Source of the DNA: Octopus bimaculoides
Lineage: Eukaryota
Reading direction: 5' to 3'
NCBI RefSeq assembly: GCF_001194135.2
Contig: NC_068985.1
Coordinates: 57,404,488-57,468,235 of the forward strand
DNA: 63,748 nt
The translations under genes were made by a program, and so were the position numbers. Positions 11,830-25,184 of the stretch are shown here, piece after piece. The notes under the pieces are model-generated. The model was not told the origin of the DNA and did not search any database. It worked only from the letters and a program-made list of their open reading frames with translations. The number at the start of each line of letters is the position of its first letter. Positions within the stretch are counted from its first letter, which is position 1.

Positions 11830-13120
11830 TAATGATAACCTCAAGTCATTTTATTTGGCACTCTATCGATTCTTCCAATACTTTGCGAAATAGAATGTAA
11901 TTTGTGCAAATATTTCGAATCAAATTTAAAATTGAATTCGCATCAGTGCAATGGGAAAGTAAAGAAAGAGATGAGCAAGCCTTTCTGGATCCAAATAATG
12001 AATATTTTATCAGAAAAACGTGAAGAATCACGTGAAGAACAAATTCGAAACAGAACCCTTACTTCGAAACCTTAGAACGAAATTGTCGTTAATGAATCGT
12101 CTACAATGTACAACGATACACATCTGCAAGTTTCCAGAAAACCATGAGCTTAAAATCTGTATTTGAACCTGTGTCAGGAAGGTCAAATAAAACCAGCAAA
12201 AACGCGAAGAGCTTGAAGCAGATATATTTGTCAGCTGAATCACAAAATAAATTTATTTCCCTTTGCTCCGATCACGTTTTGAAACACATATTCTCCGAAA
12301 GATCAAAGGTAAAATACTATTCAATAATATTTGATGCAATATCTGATTCAGTACATGTCGAACAGACAATATTTATCATACCTTGCTTTCAAAGTAAATT
12401 CCAGAGAGATTTCCACCTTTTGAAGTCTGCCGGGAGAAACAGGTTCTGACATTGCAAACCTGATAAAGGAAATATTGAATAAAAATGGTATTCTTTTGGA
12501 ATATTTCAGTGACTAAGAATATGACAAGAGTACCAATACAACAATGCAAGGTACTACAAAGGATATTACTTCATAAAAATTCTGTTTTTATTTTCTCCCT
12601 ATGAGGATACGAAAGATTGAATTTGTGCGGCACAGATTCAGCGAAATGCTGTAATAATGTAGTTTCTATTTCCGAACTGTTGAAAGCACCTATAACTTTT
12701 GCCCTAGTAATAAGATAATAGTAAATACTCCAGAAAAACACAAGGTGTCGATCAGTAAATCCTAGGCCAACTATTTGAAGGTCAGCCAGAATCGATAGCA
12801 GGAAGTTATTTGTATCAAACTCTCAACTGTATGAAACTGACGCTGCACTATGTTCTGAAAATTCACCTTATTCTACAAGCCACTCTTGAAACAATAGGAT
12901 CCATTAAATGCATATTCTCCTCCACACGCATAAAATTTGTCACCCATCTATTTCCCAATTCTCGCTTCCATTAACATCTGCAATATTATATTTGGTATAA
13001 AATATGCCACAGTTGATATTAAAGTGGGCAGCGTTGAAAAACTCAGAAGAAATCTACAGAAATAGCAAAAAAACTTTGACAATTCGCTGACAGAATCAAA
13101 ATCTGCCGCTTAACTCTGAC
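11830..13120 (+). mobile_element. hAT (Tip100/ZMYM1-like) transposase relic
   Basis: YLSAESQNKFISLCSDHVLKHIFSERSKVKYYSIIFDAISDSVHVEQTIFII, followed by degenerate catalytic-region segments with many stops and frameshifts; TIRs not identified. Confidence 0.75.
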
Positions 13121-13175
13121 AGCCGAGCAGTCTGTCCCTAACACATATATATACAATCATTATTTAGGACATCGA

Positions 13176-13620
13176 AAGGTGGGGAGCTGACAGAATCATT
13201 AGAATGCCAGACAAAATGCTTATCAACATTTATTCCGGCTTCATGTTTTGAGTTCAAATTCTGCTAAGTTTGACTTCGCCTTTCATTATTTTGGGATCGA
13301 TAAAATAAGTACTAGTCAAGTACTGGACTCGATGTAATCGGTCAATCTCCACTCACAACATTTCAGGCCTTGTGCCTTTTGTAGAAAGGATTATTTAGAA
13401 CATCCAAGGCTGGAAGCTGGCAGAACTTTTAGAATGTCAGACAAATGGTTTGCAGTATTTTTACTGACTCGTTACATTTTGCGTTCAACTTATGCGAGGC
13501 CAACATTAATTTTCAGTATTTCGAAGCCTATAAAATAAGTAGCAGTTGAGCACCAGGGTTCATGCAATCGGCTTACCACCTGCCATAAGCTTGCTTGCCT
13601 CGTGCCAAACTTTAAAAACA
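13176..13620 (+). mobile_element. Two tandem family-B SINEs bracketed by three copies of a 17-bp target-like sequence
   Basis: ATTATTTAGGACATCGA (13159-13175), ATTATTTAGAACATCCA (13390-13406), ATTATTTATGACATCCA (13620-13636); heads AGGTGGGGAGCTGACAGAATC and AGGCTGGAAGCTGGCAGAAC. Confidence 0.75.
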
Positions 13621-13989
13621 TTATTTATGACATCCACTTTTCGTGTCATTGGCGATTCCATTATTCATGACTTGACATGAGCAAATGAAGATGTGTGATG
13701 TTTTTCTATACTCTTAATCCATATAATCCTCTCTAATCTCTGTCCCTCCTTTCATTTTTATTTTCTTCTTTTCTTTTCATTCCTTTCTTTCTTTCTGGTT
13801 GACCCTCTTATCCCACTCGTTCCGACTTCTATGCTCTGTCTCATATTGTACAAGTCTGCACAATTATATTCTGATATTATACTCAAATATTATTGCACTT
13901 TTGTACATAGGCCATACTATACTTCTCTTTTATGATATTGCATAATAAACTAATATAACAACTATCAAACTCTGCCATAGTAAAATATC

Positions 13990-14220
13990 GCGTGGCCTAG
14001 ATGCTAGGGGTTTCAGCTTACTATCATATGGTTGGTCGCTCGATTCCTGGACGGACTGGTGCGTTGTGTCCTTAAACAACATACTTATATTCGTGTTGCT
14101 TTGGTCTACTCAGCTGAAAATGATTATCTGCCCTAGTACTGGCGCAGTGCTGTCTCTTCCTCTCAGAAGTTGTCATACAATCAATGTCCATTGCAACAAA
14201 GAGAGAGAGAGAAAAAAAAC
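13990..14220 (+). mobile_element. tRNA-derived SINE with CORE-like box, degraded
   Basis: CGTGGCCTAGATGCTAGGG...TCGATTCCTGGAC...GCGTTGTGTCCTTAAACAACATACTT. Confidence 0.55.
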
Positions 14221-14384
14221 CAAGTGGGTGTTCATACCTGCACAGACTACACAAGTGCCTAAAACAATTAAGGAAAGCAATGATACATATTACATATTAC
14301 AATGGTACATTTAAAAAGAACATACATGCTTGAGAGTGACGGCCATAGTTACAGATTCCACTAATATTTAGATTCTTTAAAGGT

Positions 14385-14600
14385 GGTGACCTTAAAGAAT
14401 TGTTAGTACACCGGGCAAAATGCCTAGCAGCATTTCTCCCAGTTTTACCTTCTTTGTTCAAATCCCACCGAGGTCGACATGCCTGTCATCCTTCCGGGGT
14501 CGATAAAACAAATAACAGTGGATAACTACGGTTGATATAATCGACTTACCCTCTTCCCGTAATTGTTGGTCATATGACAAAATTTGAAATCAATATTAGT
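14385..14600 (+). mobile_element. SINE family B
   Basis: TTCAAATCCCACCGAGGTCGAC...CATCCTTCCGGGGTCGATAAA...CAAAATTTGAAATCAATATT. Confidence 0.8.
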
Positions 14601-14664
14601 TTCTATAAAATTCATTTATAAGCAAATTACTCTATCATTGTTGTAATCTTTTCGTCGGACACTG

Positions 14665-15440
14665 ATTAACATTATTTAGTATCGTCTAAATAGGCGATAG
14701 CAATATCACAATTAAACGGCATTGTATCCACTAGTTGGTGAAATATGGAAGGAGTCACTTTTACACCGAAGGAAAGCCGCTTAAATTCAAATAAACCTCG
14801 GTGCGTATTAATAGTTAGTAAGTGTGAGCATTCTTCTACTTGGATTTGTAGATATGCTTCCGAGATGTCTAATGTTGAGAAAAAAATTCCTTCATTCAAT
14901 TGTGCGAACACTTCCTCAGGACTAGGCAATGGGAAGTTACGTGAGATTAAGTAGTCATTTAATCCAGTTGAAAAATCTGCACAAATTCTTAACATATTAT
15001 TTTTCCTTTCTGCGTAGATCGTAGATGCTGCCCAATCTGAGTGAGCCGTCTTCTCGATTATTCCTAGCTTTTCAAGTCTTTCAAATTCCTTATATTGTTG
15101 CGAAAGGTACATTCCGTTTTGACTTAAATACAGGTGTTGCACTTTGTTTTATTGCAATGTTTACCTTTGTTTTCGTGCAGCAGCCCAGTTCCTTTGGGAA
15201 TACATCTCCGAATACATCTGGGAATACACCTGGGCATAAATGTTAATTCATTTTGCAAGGTACCTGATGTGAAATCCTGTGTTCAAACAGATATTGTTGT
15301 ACTCTGAGATGGTCATTTTTATTTTGCCAAATAAACACATGCACCATATATTTTTTCTTCACTCTTTTATTACCGTTCTTATTTTATTGCTTGGGTTCAC
15401 TCGAATGTGTAACAAAGCAAAATTGCTTTAAGTGAGATTG
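14665..15440 (-). mobile_element. Ty3/Gypsy LTR-retrotransposon pol fragment (reverse transcriptase), pseudogenised
   Basis: ORF 14672-15142: LEKLGIIEK...SDWAA...LRICADFSTGLN...FPLPSPEEVFAQL...FSTLDISEAYLQI...TINTHRGLFEFKRLSFGVK...AYLDD; no LTRs seen. Confidence 0.9.
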
Positions 15441-15819
15441 AACCGAGCACTTCAAGTGTGCGAGGCGAAGATTTTAAATATCTATCAGGATGAGCATGTA
15501 CCCAGACGCATAAAATAATCGTGGGCTTTCCTTGAACCCTCAACACCTTCATTGAATCGTAGAAACACCCTCGCGATATACGGTGTGTCTTGGGTATATT
15601 TAGAACATTTCTTCAGATCTTGCCACAACATGTTACTTCTCAAAAGACAGAATGTGAAGAGTTGGCCCCAGTGCAAGACTAGTATTTATTTAATGACCCG
15701 GAAATGACGAAGAGGGAGAGTTGACAAATGCGGTATTTGAAGTGACGTATGTCGGATAAATTGGATCAAATTTTAAGCAGTTAAGTATAGAGTTGGATGA
15801 GCAGATTTAAGAGTGAAAT

Positions 15820-15883
<64 letters not shown>

Positions 15884-16947
15884 TGCAAAGATGGAATAGA
15901 ATTTGCCCGACTCTCTAACGTCTCTGGCCGGCAGCCACCTTCCATTAATAGACATATACGTGCAATCCGTTACTATTTAGATTGTCTCTTCTATGAGGTC
16001 CTTCCCATTGTCAAAATATCTGTATCTTCCTCACTCTCTGCTTTTTTATATCTATCTTCCTTTCTTTCTTTCTCTCTGTCATTCTTTGTCTCCCCCTCTT
16101 TATTATTATTACATATGATTCCCCTTTATTTCTGCGCATTCAATCCATCAAAATTTACTGATCAACTCGCTTAATTTTTAACTGACAACAGAAGTTTCTG
16201 GGTAGCAGTTTTCCGAAAAATTTCTCGTTTGTTCGCTGTTCCGTATATGGTACGTGAAACACCATTTTAAAAATGTCCTTTCAAAGGCCATAAGTTTTTA
16301 TTTCCCTAATTTTTATTATCTAACATCCATGATACGCATCCATAAAATGTACTTCAAAAATTCTTGTAAATTCCTTATTAAGTTTTTTCAGACTTTAATT
16401 TTTCTAAAACGGCTATAAAAACTGCAATGCGGCATTTTAATTTATTTTTGATCTTATATCTTCAGCCATTATCCTTTCCTAATATTTAAATTAATTTGTT
16501 TGACTGTTTTATGAGCTATTTTCAATTACTGTGTCTATTTACTTGTTTTTTTTTTCTTTTACTAGACATCAGTATTTTCCATTCTACAAAATTTAATTCC
16601 ATTGCCAGAAATTCTTGTCGCAAAATGCGCTCTTAAATATATAAATTCTACTTCGTTATCTTCTAGTATTTAGCAAACCTACTTCAACATTTCCTTTCAA
16701 CTATTCAAGGGTTTCTGTCATTATATACACATATACTTAGTAGTATCGGTGAGAGAACATCGCTTTGCTTAATTCGAAGTATTTCTCTTAAACAAATACT
16801 TATTGAATTTCTAACAAAACACAAACATTTGCATATTCATATCATGAGTTTATAACATTTACTATTGGCAAGCATAAATGGTCAAAATAATTTATTTTAA
16901 TTCTCTGATGTAATGGTAATGCCCTGAATGATGTTCTGTTTTCAGCC

Positions 16948-18640
16948 TAAAATAGTTGCAAATCAAGCAAGGACTTCTGGAGCAGTATATTAGGAAACAC
17001 TTTGGTGCATAAAGGGGATGCAATGTGGATAGGAACTATCAAGACAGAATTACAAGGAGGAAAGGAACAAAGGAATATTGTCATAATCACGGGCGATGTG
17101 AAGGAGAAGTGGGTAAAGTGCCTAACAGGAAAGGCTCCGGACGAGATGGGATTCATGGCTTCTGGCTGAAGAGATGCCTCGCGGTGCAAGAAAGACTGGC
17201 AGCCCAACTGAATGAGTGTGTTCAGAAAGGTACAGTCCCCGCGTGTATGGTGACTGGGAAGACAACGCTTATAATGAAAGATAGAAGAAAACGAAATATT
17301 GTGATAAACTACCATCCCATAGCATGACTAAACATTATCTGGAAGATACCTACTTCAATATGTGCGACAAAAATTACACCTTCCTGGCACAGGAAAAAAT
17401 ACTACCAAGGGAACAAACAGGATGTAGGAAGAAATTTGATGGTACCAAGAATCACCTGGTTATCGATAAAGCAGTTTTGAGGCATTATAAAAACAACATA
17501 AAACATGCCTATGGTTTGGATTGAATTTAAGAAGGCATATATATGATATGATGTTTCCTTCCTGGATCATTGAATGCCTACAGATGTTTGGTGTTGCTGA
17601 AAACATCACAAATTTTCTGATGTATAGCATGAATAACTAGAACACCAAATTGTACCCAAGCAATGTATTCATTGGAGAAGGTGACTTGTTTTCTCCGTTA
17701 CTATTTTTAGTTGCGCTAATACCCATAACAATTACGCTTAGGAAAGTTAAGATGGGTTACTGATGTGAGAAGAAAGGCCCTTCATTGAACTATCTTCCGT
17801 TTATAGGTGACCTGAAGTTGTTTGGGAAATTTTAAAAAAAAAGGGTTCCTCGACCAAAACAGTCCAGAAGTGTGGGAGGGACATCGGTATGGAATTTGGG
17901 ATTACTTAACATGAAAAAAGGGAAGTGTGTATAGGTATTTAAGTATTTTGGAGCTGGATGACATTCTACACAAAGAAATGAAAGTCAAGGTCAGCGAGGC
18001 GTATCAAAAAAGGGTGAAGATGGTGTTGAAATCCAACCTCAATGTCAAAAATTTGATTACCGCAATGAATATCTGAGCAGTTGCGGTGGTCAGATATAGT
18101 GTGTCCATCCTCAGATGAACTAAGGAGGAAATATCATCACTGGATAGAAGGATGAGGATGTTGATGACGCTGCATGGGGCGCTACACCCTAAAGCAAACG
18201 TACATACACTGTATAGGAAAATAATGGTAGCAGATGACTAATTACTATAGAGCATTGTGTAAGGTGTGAAAGGAGAACTCTTACCGAGTATTTGATAAAT
18301 AGTGAAGACCTGCTGCAATATGTCGCGAAAGATATGGGTGTAAATGTAGATGAATTGATAGGCAAGGAAGAATTTAACCAACGTACTGAGGTGCTTCTGA
18401 AGCGTACCACCGAAAGCCTGATCATTGCTGCACCACACCAGGCACTCGCTACCAATTCAGTGAAGTATAACATCCATAAAACTTCTGACACCCAGAAATG
18501 CAGACTCTGTGGAAAGTGTGTGGAAAATACGACCCATTTGGTAAGTGGATGTGAGAGCCTTGCACAAAAAGAATACAAGCGTCGCCACGATAAGGTGTAT
18601 GTGTAACTTCATTGGCTATATTGCCGTAAATATCAATATT
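16948..18640 (+). mobile_element. R4/Dong-type LINE fragment, family A (RT to CCHC knuckle)
   Basis: GRDGIHGFWLKR...TGKTTLIMKD; REQTGCRKKFDGTKNHLVIDKAVL; CRLCGKCVENTTHLVSGCESLAQKEYKRRHDKV; many stops; homologous to 24250-25175. Confidence 0.85.
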
Positions 18641-18659
18641 ATTATTATTACTATTATTA

Positions 18660-19765
18660 TTGTACTGTGCTTGATACCACCAACACTGATTCTGAGGAAA
18701 GCAATGGCTGGAAATTCAACCATCTGTTATCCATGGATAACCTCAAACTTTCTGGTAAAGATGAAGCTCAAGTCAGTTCTCTCGTTGATACGGTGTATAC
18801 ATTCAGTGCTTATATCAGAATGAAGTTCGGACTGAGAAAGTGTGGTGCATAAGTCTTGAAAAGAGGCAAAATCAAATGTATAAACAGACTAACGATACCG
18901 TCGGGAGAGGTTATGAAACACATAAAAGACACGGGCTATAAGTACTTGGGCATATTGGAAATGGATACATTTATGGAGAAAGAAATGACAAAAATATTTA
19001 AGGTGAAATACTTGCGAAGACTGATCCTCAAGAGACTGATCCTTAAGTCAAAATTATATGGACGGAATAAGATCGAAGCTATCAACACCTGGGCGGTTTC
19101 ACTTCTTAGATATGGAGCAGGGGTAATCACATGGACAGTAGACGAACTAAACAACTTAGACAGAAAGACAAGGAAGTTGCTAACTAGATATGGGTGACGC
19201 CACCCAAAAAGTATGTACCAAGACTGTATGTACCAAGGAAAAGAGGAGGAAGAGGACTTATTGGATGTGAACACAGCATTGGAGCAGAAGAAAACAATAT
19301 ACCATGGTATGTGAAAATGCCACAGAACCGCTATAATTAGACGTAAGAAGGTCGGGCTTGTGTAGGATGAAAGATTGCAAAGATAAAGCACTATATAATC
19401 AATTGAAAACGAATGAAACTGAAAGTAGATGGCTAAAGAAACGAATGCATGGTCAGTTTCATAGGGATGCTGAAGATAAGACAAAGAAAAATTATGTGTG
19501 TGGATCACTAAAAGTGATTTAAAACCGGAAACGGAGGCTCTAATCTGTGCTGCCAAAGAGCAAGCACTAAGAACAAACTAAATAAAATNNNNNNNNNNAG
19601 CAAGCACTAAGAACAAACTAAATAAAATACAGAATAGACAACACATCAGAAAGTGATAAGTGCAGAATCTGTGGACAAAATGGTGAACCGTATAGCATAT
19701 TACCAGCCAATGTACGCCATTAGCCCAGAAGAAATAGAAGAGACGCCACGACAATAGAGTCAGGC
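18660..19765 (+). mobile_element. Second R4/Dong-type LINE fragment (late RT to CCHC), starting after a (TAT)n junction
   Basis: HLLSMDNLKL...MKFGLRKC; YKYLGILEMD...KIEAINTWAVSLLRYGAGVITW...LDRKTRKLL; CRICGQNGE...KRRHDN. Confidence 0.85.
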
Positions 19766-20395
19766 TATAAAATTAGAAAAAGTTACAAAAACATGTGGGG
19801 TTGTCATCAATCGCGGGGAGTTACTACCACATTAAAGAGTATAACAGAGGATATATAACAGAATGTAGAGAAATAAATAATAAATAGATACATAAAATCC
19901 CCAATAGCGTGGCAGTCCACTTAGTGTAATCCGGGGTAAACCCCACACAAAACTCCCGTATTACTCTGCCATCCCTAAAGTGTGGCAAAGTGCTCTCTTT
20001 CAGTTTCTTTACTCCTACTTAGAAAAGCATATTCAGAGTAAATCCATTCAGTTTCATCAGTCTAGCCACTGTCGACCATCTTTTGATAAATACACTAGAA
20101 GGCAGCATCTCCCTCTCTACCGTCACCTTCCTCTTCAAATGATGTTTGAAGAAATTGACAAGGTGTTTGCTACCACTAAACGTCAATGAAAACGTTAACC
20201 TTCGCCTTGAAAAGAAGCAATTCCCCTAGTTCTATTTTTAATTACTGAGAAAAAAAAAAACATGATATTCACATCGCTGATTTTAAAAATTTCTGAATCT
20301 TTAAAAAATTTTTCTTTATAAGTTTTGCTGTGGTTTACAGTTTTGTAATTATGCAGTTTGTCTATATTAGTAGGAGCTTTATTATTATTATTATT

Positions 20396-20804
20396 CAGTA
20401 GTTTTATTTTTATAACGTGCTTTCACTTCACTACCGAGCGCAGCTCTGTGCGCCTTGGGTATGTGCTGTGGTTTGCTGTGGTGCTCTTATGTTTACTGTA
20501 TTGAAAGTGTTTTGCGTAGAATGTGTGCAGTACCCAGTAGTGCAATTTTCTGTATGTTATATATATTTGTAAGTCCTGGTGTTTTTGTTATGTATTTGTC
20601 TGAATATTTTTTTATTATACCGAAGGCACCTACTATGATAGGAATTGTTTCTGTTTTTAGATTCCACATTCGAGTTATCTCTATTTCCAGGTCTTTGTAT
20701 TTTGAAAGTTTTTCCATTTCTTTTAGAGAAACGTTGTCATCTGCTGGTATTGAAACATCAATTAGAAGGCATTTTTTTCCTTCATGATCTTTGACAACTA
20801 TATC
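20396..20804 (-). mobile_element. Young R4/Dong LINE 3' end (endonuclease C-terminus, 3' UTR, (TAA)n tail), family F
   Basis: MEKLSKYKDLEIEITRMWNLKTETIPIIVGAFG...KIALLGTAHILRKTLSIQ*; 3' UTR near-identical to 42881-43159 and 45660-46081. Confidence 0.9.
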
Positions 20805-21375
20805 NNNNNNNNNNNNNNNNNNNNNNNNNNNNNNNNNNNNNNNNNNNNNNNNNNNNNNNNNNNNNNNNNNNNNNNNNNNNNNNNNNNNNNNNNNNNNNNN
20901 NNNNNNNNNNNNNNNNNNNNNNNNNNNNNNNNNNNNNNNNNNNNNNNNNNNNNNNNNNNNNNNNNNNNNNNNNNNNNNNNNNNNNNNNNNNNNNNNNNNN
21001 NNNNNNNNNNNNNNNNNNNNNNNNNNNNNNNNNNNNNNNNNNNNNNNNNNNNNNNNNNNNNNNNNNNNNNNNNNNNNNNNNNNNNNNNNNNNNNNNNNNN
21101 NNNNNNNNNNNNNNNNNNNNNNNNNNNNNNNNNNNNNNNNNNNNNNNNNNNNNNNNNNNNNNNNNNNNNNNNNNNNNNNNNNNNNNNNNNNNNNNNNNNN
21201 NNNNNNNNNNNNNNNNNNNNNNNNNNNNNNNNNNNNNNNNNNNNNNNNNNNNNNNNNNNNNNNNNNNNNNNNNNNNNNNNNNNNNNNNNNNNNNNNNNNN
21301 NNNNNNNNNNNNNNNNNNNNNNNNNNNNNNNNNNNNNNNNNNNNNNNNNNNNNNNNNNNNNNNNNNNNNNNNNNN

Positions 21376-21437
21376 TATCATTATTATTATTATTATTATT
21401 ATTATTAATATCATTATTATTATTATTATTATTAATA

Positions 21438-21497
<60 letters not shown>
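21376..21497. repeat. (ATT/TAA)n tract forming the 3' tail or target of the downstream LINE
   Basis: Direct reading. Confidence 0.95.
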
Positions 21498-21501
<4 letters not shown>

Positions 21502-24230
21502 CTCAACAGATTAGATTGCTGGAAAAGAAAACGTATCCTAAAATCAGGTTACAAGTTGCTTTACAAGATGTTAAGAACATCCCTATTGGGTTACAGCAAG
21601 TCACCTGAGGTACGAAGAACCCTCCTACGTATCCTAGCTGACCCTAATAACACTGTTTTCTGCAGCTGTACTAAACTTATTACCTCTATCCATCTGTTCA
21701 GATCTTTAGGGATAGTTCCCAATGCACATAAAATTACTAGTACACATTTTACCCCAACTTTCCATTGTCTCTGTAATTCAATAGATAGGTCCTGGTGCTT
21801 TGCTAATTTTTCTATACTTCTCATATTAACCTTTTCATCATTTGGGCCTGTTAAGTCAATTATCTGGCACTTTCTATTCTCTTTATCCACTACTTGATTC
21901 TATTACTCTTTTAGTCTGAATGTTAAAAGCCCACAACATCTGATACTTTTTATTTTCTAGTACTTTATTAAGATCATGTTCAGACCATTATCAGTATGTT
22001 CAAATCATAGCTTTCTACAAAGAGCCCCAGTGGATTGCTCTCCCTAGATTGTTATGTCCTTTCTTTTATTCTTTCTGTGCCAGCATGCTACATTCACCTA
22101 TTATATGATTGACGCTTTCCTCTTTTGATTTGCATAAACTACATTGAAAATCTACTTGGTTTTTGCTTATTTTGGCTGCTATCCAATTAAACCGTAATAC
22201 TTGATCTTGTGCAACTACTAACAAATTTACTGTCTCCCTTTTCAGCATTCCTTTCTGCAGCCATAACCAAGTCTCACTATTACTATTTGCTGAAACTATC
22301 TTTTCGAATCTCCCTAGCAACGCCGCCTCCTCCTGCCAGTCATATAATTTCTGTTCTTTTTACTGGTTTATAAGTTCGTTTGGTGTTTTGGTTTCCCTAT
22401 GTTTTACTGTGACACTTGCAGCTTTTAATAAACTTTCTTCACTATTAACAACATAGGAGTCCATATCTACTCTAACTAACTCCGCACAGTATTCCACTGA
22501 TTTTAACACTCTTCCACCTTCCTTCTTTTCTAGGTAGGTATAATCTTGCGACTCCTGCCCTTGGGTGGAATCCTCCATTCATATTGAGTTCCTTACCAGT
22601 TCTCTCTAGCGTTGCTAATTCAGTTTTTATCCAATCTACAAGCACTGCTGAGTGTCTAAGTAATGTTACTACCCAAATATTTACAGCCTTCACTAGATTC
22701 GGACCACTTAGCTTTGACTTCATTAGCTTCCTCACCCTTATGATGTACTTCTCAATTTTCGCTTTCATTTCTGTAGTTAGTACTCTGTCATATTCTAATA
22801 CTCCTAGATACTTATAACTCCCTCCTGCTTTCAATGATTTTAGTGTCTGACCATCTGGTAATTGGATGCCTCCGCTGTTGACTACCTGTTCCCTTCTCAT
22901 GACTAACATTGCACACTTGCCAAATTCCATGCCTATATCTTTGCTGAAGTGTCTTACAGTCTTTATCAAGGAATCTATCTCTTTTCATTCTTAATAAATA
23001 GCTTCAGATCATCTATGTAGAGAAAATAGTTACTTCTTCCATTACTATTTCTGAAGAGATACCCTGCTTTTGCCTTCCTTAATACTAAAGTGAGGGGGAT
23101 CAAATATAGAAAAAATATTAAAGGGGACAACGAGTCCACCTGGAAAATTCCTCTTTTGATTCTAACTTTCCCTAAGAGTGTGTCACCTGCATATAAATTT
23201 ACTTTCCACTTCTTCATGCTAAAGCTAATTGATTCTCTGATTCTGTCTGCTATACTGAACATACTCAAACATTCATTTATCCATGAGTGTGGAATCATGT
23301 CATAGGCTTCTCTATAATCTATCCATGCTATTGTTACATTTCTCGTTAAGCTTTTACTACATTTAGAACTGCTTTGCCTACGTATAATAGAACATGCGGT
23401 TGTCTAGCTTTCTTCCTGCAAACTTTTTGTTCTTCTGGTAGTAAATTCTGGTTGTCCAAGGTGCTCATAAATGCTTTCTGAAAGCATTCCTGTTAAATGT
23501 TTCCACACTAATGGTAAGCAAGTGATTGATCTATTGTTGGTATCTGTATTACCCTTGCTCTTATCTTTCATAATGAGTATTGTTCTCCCTCTAATCATCC
23601 ATTCTGGTATTATTCCTCCATTAAGGCAATCCTGAAGTTGTTACCTCAGCCTTCCATGTAAACTACTGTGTTCCTTCAGCCAGTACTCTTGAACTAAATC
23701 TGGTCCTGGTCCCTTCCAAATGGACATTTTTCCTAATGCTTTATTTATTAATGTACTAGTTAATATTAGGTCTGGCTGCTCCTCTCTCACTACTTCTTTC
23801 TTCATTTTATTTTACCATATCATTATGATTGACTGGTTTAACCATTATCATTGACTGGTTTATCCTAAATATTAATCCAGCACTTTCCAGAACTTTCATG
23901 TAAAATATTCTTATCTTCCTCACTTAAATCACTTAAGTCGTTGGTGCCAGTTGTCCCTTCCTTATTGGTAGCGCTATTATCATTTTTTCCTTTAGTTTCT
24001 TCTATGGTCTGGGATGCACATCTTTTGCTGTTTGTCTTTCCCACTGCTTGGTCTTTCTTTTCTAGCTCTCTTGTTCTCTCTTCTACCTCCAATTCTGTCA
24101 TCCATTTTCTTTTCCTAATAGCATTAGCTTGATCAACTAATCTCTTCTCAGTCTCTTTAAACATACCCTCATTTACCCAAAGTGTTAACATCCGTTTTTT
24201 ATAGCCCTCACATTATTCCTTCATAAGACA
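21498..24230 (-). mobile_element. Long degenerate R4/Dong LINE (N-terminal Myb-like region, RT, CCHC, restriction-like endonuclease)
   Basis: MLTLWVNEGMFKETEKRLVDQANAIRKRKWMTELEVEE; RGIFQVDSLSPLIF...YIDDLKLF; YKYLGVLE; CSLCKSKEESVNHIIGECSMLAQKE; CQIIDLTGPND...GALG...KTVLLGSARI; ends in (TAA)n. Confidence 0.9.
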
Positions 24231-24249
24231 GTGTAGGTAAAAATGTACC

Positions 24250-25175
24250 GGAGTCTTTAGTCATCTGTGAAATCACAAGGACCTTACACAGGTAATACTT
24301 TCCTTGAGATATGTGCTGTGCCCATTAAGCCTGTTTTTTGCAAGACTTCAATCTTGCATGGGATTTCCAGTTGCCTTAAGAGGTCTTGAAGTTTCAATGC
24401 GATTGAGCCCAACGCTGCGATCACCACTGGTATCACTTTTACCTTACCCTCTCACATACACTACAGTCATGCTATTTCCACATTCAATTCGGAGTACTTA
24501 GTGATTTATTCAGTCTCTATACTCACAACATTCATGTCATTTATTCTAGCAACATCAATGATCTGACAGTATTTGTCTCTCTTATTCAATATGGCAATAT
24601 CTGGCAGACGGTGTTAGATTACACGATCCGTCTGAAAATCATCGTCCGAGAATATCGTTACTTTTCCATCCTCCTGCATAACTTAATTTGGTACATGCTC
24701 ATACTAGTTCTCTGTTATTTCATATTGGTATTTACGGCATAAGAGCCATTTAAAGTCCACACACTTTATTGTGGAGACGCTTGTATTCTTTTTGTGCAAG
24801 GTTCCCACATTCATTTACCAAGTGGGACATATTTACACACACCTTCCACAGAGTCTGCATTTCTTGGTGTCAGGAGTTTTATGGATGCTATACTTCACTT
24901 AATTGGTAGCGAGAGCCTGGTCTTGCGCAGCCATGATCAGGCTTTCGGTGGTACGCTTTAAATCACCTCGCTCGAGCCATGCCCACGATACTGCATTATC
25001 CTTAACGTTTTGTGTATTCCTTTCAAACTGTCCAGACATTTTCATTTCGTGAAGGTCTTCCTTTCTCTTCTCTGCTCTTTGGTAAAATTCTTCCTTGCCC
25101 TCATTTCATCTACATTTACCTCCATATCTTTCGTGGTATATTGCAGCAAGTCTTCATCACTATTTATCAAATACT
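24250..25175 (-). mobile_element. R4/Dong LINE family A, 3' part
   Basis: YLINSDEDLLQY..KDM.VNVDE shared with 18290-18370; RLPDIAILNKRDKYCQIIDVA...VIPVVIAALGSI on the minus strand. Confidence 0.8.
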
Positions 25176-25184
25176 TTGGACGGA

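Noticed and set aside
16190-16460. Possible DNA-transposon terminus (GGGTAGCAGTTTTCCG...)
   Set aside because: No matching opposite TIR, TSD or transposase found, so it cannot be supported.
19560-19630. Direct duplication AGCAAGCACTAAGAACAAACTAAATAAAAT across a 10-N gap
   Set aside because: Typical overlap of adjacent contig ends, an assembly artefact rather than a TSD.
20010-20070. Minus-strand CTGATGAA...CTGAATATG hammerhead-like string
   Set aside because: No credible helix II, and the GAAA is broken.
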